From NCBI GenBank assembly GCA_016935525.1, contig JAFGQU010000022.1, forward strand, positions 12,471 to 76,470: a DNA stretch of 64,000 bases. Reading direction: 5' to 3'. Origin of the DNA: Candidatus Omnitrophota bacterium. GTDB taxonomy: Bacteria > Omnitrophota > Gorgyraeia > Duberdicusellales > 4484-171. Shown in pieces: positions 47,027-56,484 of this stretch; within the stretch, counting starts at the first letter, position 1, and the number at the start of each line of letters is the position of its first letter. The position numbers and the translations under genes are program-made. Under the pieces are notes generated by a model. It had not been told where the DNA came from and searched no databases. It saw only the letters and a list, made by a program, of their open reading frames with translations.

Positions 47027-48201
47027 TATAGATTGTCCATGAATTCTTTTATGCGACGGGCGCCTTCTTTGATCTGTTCAGTACTCGTCGCAAAACTGAT
47101 ACGGATATACCCTTCAATACCGAATCCTTCCGAAGGAATAACGGCAACGGAGTGTGTATCAAGAAGCCGGGAAGCAAAATCATAAGCCGAAAGGCCGCTT
47201 TGGGAAATATCGCAGAAAAGATAAAAAGTCCCCTGGGGCTTTAACGGTGAAAGCGACGGGTGTCCGCTCAAGCTCTCAAATAACAGGTCCCGCCTTTCCT
47301 GAAAAATCTTTTTGATGTGCCCGGTCCACTCCTGTCCTTTAGCCAACGCGACACATGCTGCTTTTTGAGCGATAGAATTTGCCCCGCTGGTAGTATGGTC
47401 GATCATTTTTGACGCTTCCTGAACAAATTTGACCGGAGCGGCGATATAACCCAGTCGCCAGCCGGTCATAGAAAAACATTTGGAAAATCCGTTCACCGTG
47501 ATTGTCCGGTTATACGCTTCCTTATTAAGAGCCGCAAAACTCGTATGGGTTCTTTTATCGAAAAGTATATGTTCGTAGATCTCGTCGCTTAATACCCAAA
47601 GATTACTATCTTTAATGACATCCCAGAGGGCTTTAAGTTCAGATTCGGTATACGTCACGCCGGTGGGGTTGGAAGGATAATTTAAAATGATCAGTTTTGA
47701 TCGGGCGGTGATCGCCGCCGCAAGCTTCTTCGGATCGATCTTAAATCCGTTTTCTCTATGTGTGGGAAGAGTACGGACTTTCGCACCGGCAATCTTTGCC
47801 ATCTCCGGGTAACTTACCCAGTAGGGTTCGGGAAGGATGATCTCTGAATCTTTCTCGATCAAAGCAAAAATACCCAGGAACACAGAAAATTTAGCTCCGG
47901 TAGTCACCAGGATGTTTTCCGGAGTATAACCAAGAGAATTTTCGTTTTGAAGTTTTTCGACAATACCGGCTTTAAGCTCGGGAGCGCCGGAAGAGGGCGT
48001 ATATTTCGTAAATCCTTGGTCAAGTGCGTCTTTTGCCGCTTGTTTTATGAAATCCGGCGTATCGAAATCAGGCTCACCGGCGGCAAAGTTGATGATATCT
48101 TTACCTTCTTTTTTTAGCTTTTTCGCCAAAGCGGTGATCTTAAGCGTAGGCGACTTAGAAAGAGCCGTAACATGAGAATTAAACTGATTTAGAATCTCCA
48201 T
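47026..48201 (-). CDS. Class I pyridoxal-phosphate-dependent aminotransferase (AspC-like)
   Basis: NYPSNPTGV and FSKCFSMTGWRLGY (PLP-Lys context). 391 aa. Confidence 0.8.
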   Translation of the reverse strand: MEILNQFNSHVTALSKSPTLKITALAKKLKKEGKDIINFAAGEPDFDTPDFIKQAAKDALDQGFTKYTPSSGAPELKAGIVEKLQNENSLGYTPENILVTTGAKFSVFLGIFALIEKDSEIILPEPYWVSYPEMAKIAGAKVRTLPTHRENGFKIDPKKLAAAITARSKLIILNYPSNPTGVTYTESELKALWDVIKDSNLWVLSDEIYEHILFDKRTHTSFAALNKEAYNRTITVNGFSKCFSMTGWRLGYIAAPVKFVQEASKMIDHTTSGANSIAQKAACVALAKGQEWTGHIKKIFQERRDLLFESLSGHPSLSPLKPQGTFYLFCDISQSGLSAYDFASRLLDTHSVAVIPSEGFGIEGYIRISFATSTEQIKEGARRIKEFMDNL

Positions 48202-48231
48202 TAGGAAAAATAACGGTTTGGTTATCCCGAC

Positions 48232-48262
48232 GCGATAAAACTCCGGCTTTTAAGCCGGAGAT
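48232..48262 (-). terminator. Rho-independent terminator after rplQ
   Basis: Minus strand CTCCGGC-ttaaaa-GCCGGAG followed by TTTTAT. Upstream hairpins GATTCCGC/GCGGAATC and CCGGA/TCCGG. Confidence 0.6.
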
Positions 48263-48380
48263 AGAAACTCTGGTCGGGATTCCGCTCCTGCGGAATCATA
48301 AAGAGAACCTACGGGCTTTCCCGCACCTTATTGTTTTTATTCAGCGAGATCCCGGAATGTCCGGAATAGCCCGTGGAGCT

Positions 48381-48896
48381 TCATTTTCTATCCGAAGATT
48401 TTTTCTTGAACATCTCCTTTACTCCGTGAATGAGTCCTCCTTTAGGCTGTTTTTCTTTTGATTCGGGAGATGTCGCTTTTTCTTTTTTCTCTTCGGTTTC
48501 TTTTTGGGTCTTCTTTTTAGCCTTTTTCTCTTCTTTTTTCTCTCTTTTGGTGAATTCGATCAAAGCCAGCGATGCGCCGTCACCGGGCCGGGTAGCCAAC
48601 GGGATGATCCGGGTATATCCCCCGGCGATTTCGCTGAATCTCGGAGCGATCACATCAAAAACCTTTTTCACCAAACGATGATCGTTAAGAAGCTGATAGG
48701 CCTGACGGCGGGTATGCAGAGTATTATCTTTACCCAATCCGATGAGTTTATCGGCCCAGGCGCGTAATCCTTTTGCTTTAGCTCTGGTGGTCTTGATAGA
48801 CTCGTAGATCACCAGCGAACGCAATAGACTTCTTATGAGCGCTTTACGTTGAGCCCGGGAACGGGAAAATTTTTCGTTCTTTTTACGATGCCTCAT
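48381..48896 (-). CDS. rplQ: 50S ribosomal protein L17, with a ~45-aa Lys/Glu-rich C-terminal extension
   Basis: Conserved L17 core MRHRKKNEKFSRSRAQRKAL...GGYTRI. Tail KREKKEEKKAKKKTQKETEEKKEK... Confidence 0.9.
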   Translation of the reverse strand: MRHRKKNEKFSRSRAQRKALIRSLLRSLVIYESIKTTRAKAKGLRAWADKLIGLGKDNTLHTRRQAYQLLNDHRLVKKVFDVIAPRFSEIAGGYTRIIPLATRPGDGASLALIEFTKREKKEEKKAKKKTQKETEEKKEKATSPESKEKQPKGGLIHGVKEMFKKKSSDRK

Positions 48897-49879
48897 ACCA
48901 TTTCAAGTTTTTTGGGGTCTATTTTTGTCCCTAACGATAACCCCATGGTTTTCAATAAGTTAGTGATCTCGTTTAAAGATTTCTTCCCGAAATTCCTATA
49001 GGCGAGCATTTCCGCTTCAGCCTTGGATACCAGTTCGGAAAGACTCTTGATGTTGGCCTCTCTCAGACAGTTGGCGCTTCTTACCGATAATTCCAATTCG
49101 GAAATAGGGATCTTAAGTTTCTCATAGAACGCGATCTCCTCCGGAGTGAGTTCTTCGATCTCTTCTTCCGGTATCTCACCCAAAGTAAAGAAAAGTTCCA
49201 GATGCTTACTGAACACTTTCGAAGCATAGATCAACGCCTCTTTGGGTTCGATACTGCCGTTAGTGGTTATTTCCAGGATAAGTTTGTCGTAATCGGTCCG
49301 TTTACCGACTCGGGCGTTCTCTACTTTAAAATTGACTTTTTTTACCGGGGTAAAGATAGAATCGATAGGAATCACCCCGATAGGCATATCTTCCTGCTTA
49401 TTCATATCCGCCGGAACAAATCCGCGCCCCTTGCCTACTTCCATCTCAATGTCTATCTTTGAATTCTTTGAAGTCAATTCGGCGACATGCAGATCGGGAT
49501 TTACCACTTCGATGCTTTCATCGGTGGTAATATCTCCAGCCGTAACATTCTTTTCTCCAGTTATTTTTAAGGTGATCTTACGGGGTGATTTCGAATAGGA
49601 ACGCAACACAATATTTTTAATATTGAGGATAAGTTCGGGAAAGTCTTCTTTGACGCCGGGTATCGTAGAGAATTCATGCGATGCCCCTTCTACTTTAATA
49701 GAAGTCACTGCCGCACCCTCAATTGACGAAAGCAATGCCCGTCTTAATGAATTTCCCAGCGTAACTCCATACCCTCGTTCTAACGGTTCAGCGATAAATT
49801 TTCCGTAGAAGGGTGTATATGATTCTTCTTCGATGATGATACGCTTGGGAAATTGAAAATCGCGCCATGTAATGCCCAT
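48893..49879 (-). CDS. rpoA: DNA-directed RNA polymerase alpha subunit
   Basis: RpoA N-terminal and C-terminal domains recognisable. 328 aa. Confidence 0.95.
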   Translation of the reverse strand: MGITWRDFQFPKRIIIEEESYTPFYGKFIAEPLERGYGVTLGNSLRRALLSSIEGAAVTSIKVEGASHEFSTIPGVKEDFPELILNIKNIVLRSYSKSPRKITLKITGEKNVTAGDITTDESIEVVNPDLHVAELTSKNSKIDIEMEVGKGRGFVPADMNKQEDMPIGVIPIDSIFTPVKKVNFKVENARVGKRTDYDKLILEITTNGSIEPKEALIYASKVFSKHLELFFTLGEIPEEEIEELTPEEIAFYEKLKIPISELELSVRSANCLREANIKSLSELVSKAEAEMLAYRNFGKKSLNEITNLLKTMGLSLGTKIDPKKLEMV

Positions 49880-49904
49880 ATGACCTCCTTATGTACTTTA
49901 GGCG

Positions 49905-50543
49905 TTATTTCGAATATAATTCAACTATTAATTGTTCATTCACCGGTAAGATCAAATCTTCTTTTTCCGGTAATCGGGAAACTTTCAGTTTCAGATTTTC
50001 TTTGTCGACATCAAGCCAGGTAGGCGTGCTGCGACTTTTTGCGTTTACATCTATATTTAATTTTATCAATTTCGCATAACTTTCCGACGCTTTGAAGAAG
50101 ATCTCATCGTTTGTTTTGACATGATATGACGGAATATCTACCCGCCGACCGTTTACAAACACAAATCCATGTTTTACCATTTGCCGAGCTTCGGTACGCG
50201 AAAGAGCAAACAGCGCGCGGAAAATGACATTATCCAGGCGCCGTTCAAGCAATTCGATAAGTTTACGTCCGGTAGCACCTTTTGTTCTGGTGGCGATAGT
50301 ATAGTATATCCGGAACTGCTTTTCTAGCATCCCATACATTCTCTTTACTTTCTGTTTTTCCCGTAACTGTTGAGAATAATAAGATGCTTTCTTTTGCCTG
50401 CCGGTACCTTTTCCGTGAAATCCGGGAGCATAGGGGCGTTTAGTAAAAGGACATTTTTCGGCAATGCATTTGGGCCCTTTTAAAAACAGTTTCATCCCTT
50501 CCCGGCGGCATAACTTGCATTTTGCTTCTAAATATCGTCCCAT
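49905..50543 (-). CDS. rpsD: 30S ribosomal protein S4
   Basis: MGRYLEAKCKLCRREG...S4 domain. Start set at the internal Met with RBS GAGGT. The ORF-track extension is not used. Confidence 0.9.
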   Translation of the reverse strand: MGRYLEAKCKLCRREGMKLFLKGPKCIAEKCPFTKRPYAPGFHGKGTGRQKKASYYSQQLREKQKVKRMYGMLEKQFRIYYTIATRTKGATGRKLIELLERRLDNVIFRALFALSRTEARQMVKHGFVFVNGRRVDIPSYHVKTNDEIFFKASESYAKLIKLNIDVNAKSRSTPTWLDVDKENLKLKVSRLPEKEDLILPVNEQLIVELYSK

Positions 50544-50579
50544 TCTTTTTACCTCACATTTATTGGTTAATTCTTTCAA

Positions 50580-50612
50580 GTAACGCGTAACGCGACACGC
50601 GTAACGCGTAAA
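50580..50612. repeat. Palindrome-rich motif in the rpsD 5' leader (CGCGTAACGCG-aca-CGCGTAACGCG). Shares a 16-nt core with 60380..60415
   Basis: Minus strand ACGCGTGTCGCGTTAC here vs ACGCGTGTCACGTTAC upstream of rplV. Confidence 0.45.
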
Positions 50613-50625
50613 AACAATACATTCT

Positions 50626-51015
50626 TTATACTCGCCGTTTTTTTCTCGGCCGGCAACCGTTATGGGGTACGGGCGTCACATCCTTTACTCGCCGCACATT
50701 TAAACCCGCACTCTGTAATGAACGGATAGCTGCTTCTCTTCCCGGTCCGGGCCCTTTGACAAAGACTTCCACATCGGTAAGTCCAACATCTTTAAGCCGT
50801 CTGGCAACATTAAATGCGGCAAGCTGGGCGGCGTAAGGAGTAGATTTTTTTGTCCCCTTAAACCCGATAGACCCGCCTGATGACCAGGCCAGGGTGTTCC
50901 CTTCCATATCGGTAATAGTGATGATCACATTGTTGAACGTCGCATTGATATGGGCCTGTCCCATATTGGACTTTAAATGTATCTTCTTTTTTTTCTCTCT
51001 TCTCTTTTTAGCCAT
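50626..51015 (-). CDS. rpsK: 30S ribosomal protein S11
   Basis: Conserved S11 core. Lys-rich N-terminal extension. Confidence 0.9.
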   Translation of the reverse strand: MAKKRREKKKKIHLKSNMGQAHINATFNNVIITITDMEGNTLAWSSGGSIGFKGTKKSTPYAAQLAAFNVARRLKDVGLTDVEVFVKGPGPGREAAIRSLQSAGLNVRRVKDVTPVPHNGCRPRKKRRV

Positions 51016-51027
51016 TATGTACTCCTC

Positions 51028-51396
51028 TTATCGTTTTATCCCACCGACACGAGCTTTAGGCCCTTTTCGGGTCCGGGCGTTACATTTAGTCCTTTGTCCG
51101 CGGACCGGCAATCCCCGTTTATGGCGCGTGCCCCGGTAACTGCTTATTTCGATGAGCCGGCGGATATTCTGAGAAATATCCCGCCGCAATTCTCCTTCTA
51201 TTTTATAATTTGCCTGGATATAGGTAGTGATCCGGGAAACTTCTTCTTCGTTTAAGTCGGATGCCCGTTTATTCGCATCTATTTTGGTATTATCCAGGAT
51301 GAGTTTTGCATAATGCGGACCGATTCCGTAAAGATATTGTAAAGAATACAGGATCTTTTTATTTTTGGGAATATCAACACCAAAGATTCTCGGCAT
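51028..51396 (-). CDS. rpsM: 30S ribosomal protein S13
   Basis: MPRIFGVDIP...S13 signature. Confidence 0.95.
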   Translation of the reverse strand: MPRIFGVDIPKNKKILYSLQYLYGIGPHYAKLILDNTKIDANKRASDLNEEEVSRITTYIQANYKIEGELRRDISQNIRRLIEISSYRGTRHKRGLPVRGQRTKCNARTRKGPKARVGGIKR

Positions 51397-51551
51397 AGTA
51401 CCTCCTTTAATGAGACCGCAACTTATGGAATGATCATAAGTTGCATGGTCGAATTAAACCCTTGACAATTTTGCATAAAATCGTCAAGGGTGAATTCAGT
51501 CGACAGATTTATGTTCGTTCGCTTCTCTCTCTTCATAACTCTGGACTTCAT

Positions 51552-51665
51552 TCAGCCTTGTTTCTGTTTATGTTTAGGGTTTTTACAGATTATCCTTACG
51601 ATCCCTTTACGCCGGATAATCCTGCAATTTTCGCACATTTTTTTTACTGACGAACGTACTTTCAT
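51552..51665 (-). CDS. rpmJ: 50S ribosomal protein L36
   Basis: Found by manual translation; below the ORF-track size cutoff. [37 protein letters not shown] (37 aa, C-x2-C...C...H zinc ribbon). Confidence 0.8.
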   Translation of the reverse strand: MKVRSSVKKMCENCRIIRRKGIVRIICKNPKHKQKQG

Positions 51666-51706
51666 TTTTCCAATCCTTATAAAGAGATTACGGCAATCCC
51701 TGTTTT

Positions 51707-51925
51707 CTATTTATACCTATAGGTTATTCTGCCCCGGGTCAGGTCATACGGCGATAATTCCAGTTTCACCTTATCCCCCGGTAGGATCTTAATAAAGTGC
51801 ATGCGCATTTTCCCGCTTACATGGGCAAGCACTATATGGTTATTTTCAAGCTTTACCCGAAACATCGCGTTCGGCAACGTTTCTACTATTTCTCCTTCAA
51901 CTTCTATTAACTCTTCTTTACTCAT
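51707..51925 (-). CDS. infA: Translation initiation factor IF-1
   Basis: 72 aa S1-like OB fold. ...[16 protein letters not shown]... Confidence 0.95.
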   Translation of the reverse strand: MSKEELIEVEGEIVETLPNAMFRVKLENNHIVLAHVSGKMRMHFIKILPGDKVKLELSPYDLTRGRITYRYK

Positions 51926-51929
51926 CGTT

Positions 51930-52679
51930 TTAAGCAGTAATAATACAGGGTCCCCGGCGCGTCACCGCGACCGTATGCTCAAAATGCACGCTTAAAGAGT
52001 TATCTTGTGTTTTTACTGTCCATCCGTCATCAAGGATCGCGACTTCAGATCCGCCGGAAGTCACCATCGGCTCGATTGCGATCACCATACCCTCTTTGAG
52101 TATTTCTCCGGTATTCTCCACACCGAAATTAGGCACCTCCGGAGGGCAATGTAATACTCTCCCGATTCCATGACCGACGAATTTTCGGATGACCGAGAAA
52201 CCGTTGGATTCTACGTAATTTTGAATCGTAGAACCGATATCGCCGATATAAGCTCCTATCCGAACTTTTTTTAAAGCCCGGGCAAGCGAATTATGTCCGA
52301 CTTTCAGCAACTTTCGGCCGATCGCCGAAACCTTCCCGGTCGGATACGTGTATGCGGTATCAACAAATAATCCTTTATATTTAATACCTAAATCAACACT
52401 CACAAAATCTCCGTCTTTGATAATGTGTTCCGGCCGCGGAATACCGTGGATGATCTCGTCGTTTATCGATACGCATAAAGATGCCGGATAATCGCAGTAC
52501 CCTTTAAATGCCGCGTCCATTCCCGGATAACGCGCGAGCATCTTATCGAAATGGATTTCGATATCTTTTGTAGATATACCCGGCCGTATAATCCGGCGTA
52601 ATTGTTTTAAAAACTGGCCGGCGACTTTGCCCGGTATCCGCATTGTGTTGATCTCTTCAGGAGAGAGAATATTATCCAT
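51930..52679 (-). CDS. map: Methionine aminopeptidase type I
   Basis: Metal ligands in the FVGHGIG / D..D..H..E..E pattern. 249 aa. Confidence 0.9.
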   Translation of the reverse strand: MDNILSPEEINTMRIPGKVAGQFLKQLRRIIRPGISTKDIEIHFDKMLARYPGMDAAFKGYCDYPASLCVSINDEIIHGIPRPEHIIKDGDFVSVDLGIKYKGLFVDTAYTYPTGKVSAIGRKLLKVGHNSLARALKKVRIGAYIGDIGSTIQNYVESNGFSVIRKFVGHGIGRVLHCPPEVPNFGVENTGEILKEGMVIAIEPMVTSGGSEVAILDDGWTVKTQDNSLSVHFEHTVAVTRRGPCIITA

Positions 52680-53307
52680 TTTTTAAAAGAGATGAGATAT
52701 CCATAAATACTTCCTGAGCGTCTTTATTGGCATCGACGACGAGCAGGTTGTCTTCCTTTTGATAATAATCCTTTAACGGGGCGCTTTCAGCTTCAAACAC
52801 TTCGATCCGTTTCTCGATCACTTCCGGATTATCATCTTTACGTTGAATCAATTTCGAACCGCACGCATCACAGACCCCTTCTACTTTAGGGGGCATATTG
52901 GTTATGTGAAAATTCGCGCCGCATTGCGGGCATATTCTCCGGCCAGAAAGGCGTTTTACAACCGTTTCGGTAGTCACGTCAAGATAGACAACTGCCGTTA
53001 TCTGGATGTGTTTCCGTTCGAATATTTTTTGTAGATTTTCTGCCTGAGCAAGATTTCGGGGATACCCGTCAAGGACAAACCCTTCATCCTTTATATTCTC
53101 TTCGATCACAGCCCCGACTACTTCATCGGGAACAAGTACACCCTGTTCCATATACTGTTTGACTTTTCTGCCCAGCTCGGAATCTTTCTTTACTTCTTCA
53201 CGTAAAATATCGCCTAAAGATATCTTGCGAATTTTAAAATTTTTGGCTAAGACGACTGCTTGGGTCCCTTTCCCCGAACCGGGAGCACCTAATAATATCA
53301 ATTTCAT
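52672..53307 (-). CDS. adk: Adenylate kinase
   Basis: GAPGSGKGTQ P-loop. Zn-lid CPQCGANF...CDACGSKL. Confidence 0.95.
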   Translation of the reverse strand: MKLILLGAPGSGKGTQAVVLAKNFKIRKISLGDILREEVKKDSELGRKVKQYMEQGVLVPDEVVGAVIEENIKDEGFVLDGYPRNLAQAENLQKIFERKHIQITAVVYLDVTTETVVKRLSGRRICPQCGANFHITNMPPKVEGVCDACGSKLIQRKDDNPEVIEKRIEVFEAESAPLKDYYQKEDNLLVVDANKDAQEVFMDISSLLKNG

Positions 53308-54662
53308 TTTCTTCCTCTCAATCTGGTTCCTGATTTGCCGAATCCTTCATACCCTTGAGCTAATATCTGTCCTTCGATCTGGCGCATAGTGTCTAAGAGA
53401 ACTCCGACCATGATCAACACGGTAGTGCCTCCGAAAAATGAAGTAATCGCATAAGAAGGAACATTGAACACTTTCATAACCATATTCGGTAACGTAGCAA
53501 TAACCGCAATATATACCGCTCCGATAAATACGATCCGGGTCGCGACAAAATCCAGATAATCAGCCGTAGGTTTACCGGGTCTGATCCCCGGTATAAATCC
53601 TCCGTATTTTTTAAGATTATTGGCAATTTCTACGGGGTTAAAGACGATTGCCGTATAAAAATACATAAAAAACATGATTAACGAGACATAAATAAGGTTA
53701 TACCAGAGCCCGTGTTCACGAAAGATTGTCTGAATGACCATAGTGAATTTATTCGTACCCGGGAAAAAAGTAGCAAGCGTTGCCGGGAACAGGATAACGC
53801 TTTGCGTAAAAATGATGGCGATGACTCCCGACATATCGAGTTTTATCGGTAAATAGGTGCTTTGCCCGCCGTAGACCCGTCGGCCGACGATACGTTTCCC
53901 GTATTGGATCGGAATACGCCGTTGAGCCTGAGTAAACAGCACGACCGCTACTACTACCGCAAGCCAGATGAGAATAAGACTTACTACCGTCACGGTACTG
54001 ATTTGCCGTTTTGCCGCATCAAGCGGAGAATAAAGGACCCACAATTGATACAAAGAACTGGGAATACGGGAGATAATACTCGTCATAATGATCAAAGAAA
54101 TCCCATTACCGATACCCCGTTCCTGGATCTGTTCACCTAACCACATGATAAATACCGTACCGCAGGTAAGAGTTAATACCGTTACCACGCGAAAGATGAG
54201 CCCCGGGTCGGGAACAATAAGGATACCGCGAAAATTATTCGGGTTTTCCAACCACAACGCGAGCATAAATCCCTGCAATAGGCAGATGACTAACGTGAGG
54301 TAACGGGTATACTGGTTGATCTTTTCGTATCCGGCTTTTCCTTCCCGCGCCAGGTTTTCCAGGGCCGGGACCACACCGGTTAAAAGCTGCATAATGATCG
54401 AAGAAGAAATGTAAGGCATGACTCCTAAGGCGAAAATACTCAATCGCTGTAATGCTCCTCCGGTAAACATATTTACGATACCTAAAAGGGTTTCTCCCTG
54501 GATTTTACGTAGTTGTTCGAAAAAAGTAGCTAAAGCCACGCTGTCTACCCCGGGGGTAGGAATAAAACATCCCAGGCGGTATACGATAAGAAGAGAAAGA
54601 GTGATAATGATTTTCTTTCGTAATTCTTCGACCCGGAATATATTTTCTAAGGTTTCAAACAT
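53304..54662 (-). CDS. secY: Preprotein translocase subunit SecY
   Basis: 452 aa polytopic. SecY signature regions. Confidence 0.95.
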   Translation of the reverse strand: MFETLENIFRVEELRKKIIITLSLLIVYRLGCFIPTPGVDSVALATFFEQLRKIQGETLLGIVNMFTGGALQRLSIFALGVMPYISSSIIMQLLTGVVPALENLAREGKAGYEKINQYTRYLTLVICLLQGFMLALWLENPNNFRGILIVPDPGLIFRVVTVLTLTCGTVFIMWLGEQIQERGIGNGISLIIMTSIISRIPSSLYQLWVLYSPLDAAKRQISTVTVVSLILIWLAVVVAVVLFTQAQRRIPIQYGKRIVGRRVYGGQSTYLPIKLDMSGVIAIIFTQSVILFPATLATFFPGTNKFTMVIQTIFREHGLWYNLIYVSLIMFFMYFYTAIVFNPVEIANNLKKYGGFIPGIRPGKPTADYLDFVATRIVFIGAVYIAVIATLPNMVMKVFNVPSYAITSFFGGTTVLIMVGVLLDTMRQIEGQILAQGYEGFGKSGTRLRGRK

Positions 54663-55099
54663 TCAACCGATCCTCCGGCATTTTTGATCAATTCTTCGGC
54701 TTTTTTAGAAAACCGATGTGCAGAAAATGTAGCTTTAGTTTTAAAATCTCCCTTGATCCGGCCAAGTATTTTAACCGGCATTTTTTCATCGGAAATCAGT
54801 TGGGCTTTTTTTAACGTCTGCGGATTAATCTGGGGGGCATCTTTCATCTTTTTCTTCACGGATTCCAGGTTCACGATCTGATATTCCATAGGGTTTACGG
54901 AAGTAAATCCCCGTTTAGGTATCTTTCTGAAAAACGGGACATTCCCTCCTATCGCTCCGACATAAAATTTGGTACCGACCCGTTGCCCGGATCCTTTATG
55001 TCCGCGTCCTGAAGTCTTTCCGTGCCCGGATCCGGTTCCCCGGCCGACCCGTTTATTTTTTTTCTTTTTACGAGCTATGCGAATCTGAGACAGGTTCAT
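54647..55099 (-). CDS. rplO: 50S ribosomal protein L15
   Basis: GRGTGSGHGKTSGRGHKG motif. Overlaps the rpsE 3' end by ~30 nt. No L30 gene between rpsE and rplO. Confidence 0.9.
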   Translation of the reverse strand: MNLSQIRIARKKKKNKRVGRGTGSGHGKTSGRGHKGSGQRVGTKFYVGAIGGNVPFFRKIPKRGFTSVNPMEYQIVNLESVKKKMKDAPQINPQTLKKAQLISDEKMPVKILGRIKGDFKTKATFSAHRFSKKAEELIKNAGGSVECLKP

Positions 55100-55571
55100 C
55101 TTTTTTTTCCTTTAACTGGTCTAATCCATTGAAGGTCGCTTTCACCACGTTTATCGGGTTACGGGACTTACGCAGGATCTTTGTCAATATGTCATTAATA
55201 CCGGCACATTCACATATCGCCCGGACCGTCGCGCCGGCGATTACGCCGGTCCCTTTTGAAGCCGGTTTAAGCATCACTCTTACCGAGCCATACATCCCTT
55301 CGGTTTCATGGGGAATCGTCCGGTCCTCGACTTTTTTTACCTCTATTAATTCTCTTCTCGCTTTTTTAATCGCTTTTTTGATAGCACTGGCTACTTCATT
55401 GGCTTTGCCCATCGCGTAGCCTACTTTATCTCGACCGTCACCTACTACTACCAGCGCAGAAAATGCAAGGTTTTTCCCTCCCTTGGTAACTTTCGTGACC
55501 CGGTTAATGGAAATAACTCTTTCAATAAACGCCGGTTGCTCTGCTGTGTGTACTTGTCTTTCGGTCTCCAT
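55068..55571 (-). CDS. rpsE: 30S ribosomal protein S5
   Basis: S5 dsRBD and C-terminal domains. Confidence 0.95.
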   Translation of the reverse strand: METERQVHTAEQPAFIERVISINRVTKVTKGGKNLAFSALVVVGDGRDKVGYAMGKANEVASAIKKAIKKARRELIEVKKVEDRTIPHETEGMYGSVRVMLKPASKGTGVIAGATVRAICECAGINDILTKILRKSRNPINVVKATFNGLDQLKEKKDEPVSDSHSS

Positions 55572-55927
55572 TAAAAAATCAAACCTCCTTCACGGGCACC
55601 TTCGGCAATAGCCTTTATTTTACCGTGATATTTATAGCCTCCTTTATCAAAACATACATTTTTTATTCCCAATTCAATGGCTTTAGCGGCTAAAAGCTTG
55701 CCGACTTCTTTTGCCCCGGCCTGGGTAGAAGAACTGACCTTTTTTTCTTTAAACGGCTTACTCAGGCTGGAAAGTCCGGCAATGACTCGTTGCGTTTCGT
55801 CGTTCACGATCTGGGTATAGATATGTTTATTACTGCGAAATACCACCAATCGCGGCCGGCTTTCAGACCCTTTAATCTTTTTCGTGAACCGATATTGTCT
55901 TCTTTTTCTGGGATTCTTTTTCATCAT
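55571..55927 (-). CDS. rplR: 50S ribosomal protein L18
   Basis: RPRLVVFRSNKHIYTQI signature. Confidence 0.95.
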   Translation of the reverse strand: MMKKNPRKRRQYRFTKKIKGSESRPRLVVFRSNKHIYTQIVNDETQRVIAGLSSLSKPFKEKKVSSSTQAGAKEVGKLLAAKAIELGIKNVCFDKGGYKYHGKIKAIAEGAREGGLIF

Positions 55928-55933
55928 ATCACC

Positions 55934-56473
55934 TTATTTGGTCATCGCTTTCCCTAATTTTTTACGGACTTCTTCACCGACATAGCGGATCCCTTTACCT
56001 TTGTACGGTTCCGGCGGATAAAGACTGCGTATTTTTGCGGCGAACTGACCTAATTGCTGTTTGTCATTTCCTTCGATGACGATTCTGGTTTGCCCTTCGA
56101 CCTTGGTCGTGAGCCCCTCCGGGACAGGCAGTTCGACCGGATGAGAGAAGCCGATACTTAAGGCAAGAGTGTTGCCTTTCATCTGGGCCTTATATCCCAT
56201 CCCGATGATCTCTAATTCACGTTTAAAGCCGGTAGTGATACCAATAACTACATTATTAAGCAACGCCCGGATGGTCCCATGAAGACTCTTGATCGGTTTC
56301 TCATCGGATAGTCTCTCTACCCATACCTGGCCGCCCTCTATTTTTGCGTTAATCCCTTTAGGTAACACAAAATCGTGCTTCCCTTTAGGACCTTCAAAAT
56401 GGATAGTCCTGTCCTTTAAGGTCGCGTTCACTTTTTCCGGTAGTGTTACTGGTTTTTTTCCTATTCTCGACAT
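55934..56473 (-). CDS. rplF: 50S ribosomal protein L6
   Basis: MSRIGKKPV...two L6 domains. Confidence 0.95.
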   Translation of the reverse strand: MSRIGKKPVTLPEKVNATLKDRTIHFEGPKGKHDFVLPKGINAKIEGGQVWVERLSDEKPIKSLHGTIRALLNNVVIGITTGFKRELEIIGMGYKAQMKGNTLALSIGFSHPVELPVPEGLTTKVEGQTRIVIEGNDKQQLGQFAAKIRSLYPPEPYKGKGIRYVGEEVRKKLGKAMTK

Positions 56474-56484
56474 ACGCTTCGCTT

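Noticed and set aside
55068-55099. Hidden rpmD (L30) gene in the rpsE-rplO junction
   Set aside because: The junction is a ~30-nt overlap, not a gap, and no L30-like frame was found. L30 is absent from many lineages. A frameshift or assembly error cannot be excluded without reads.
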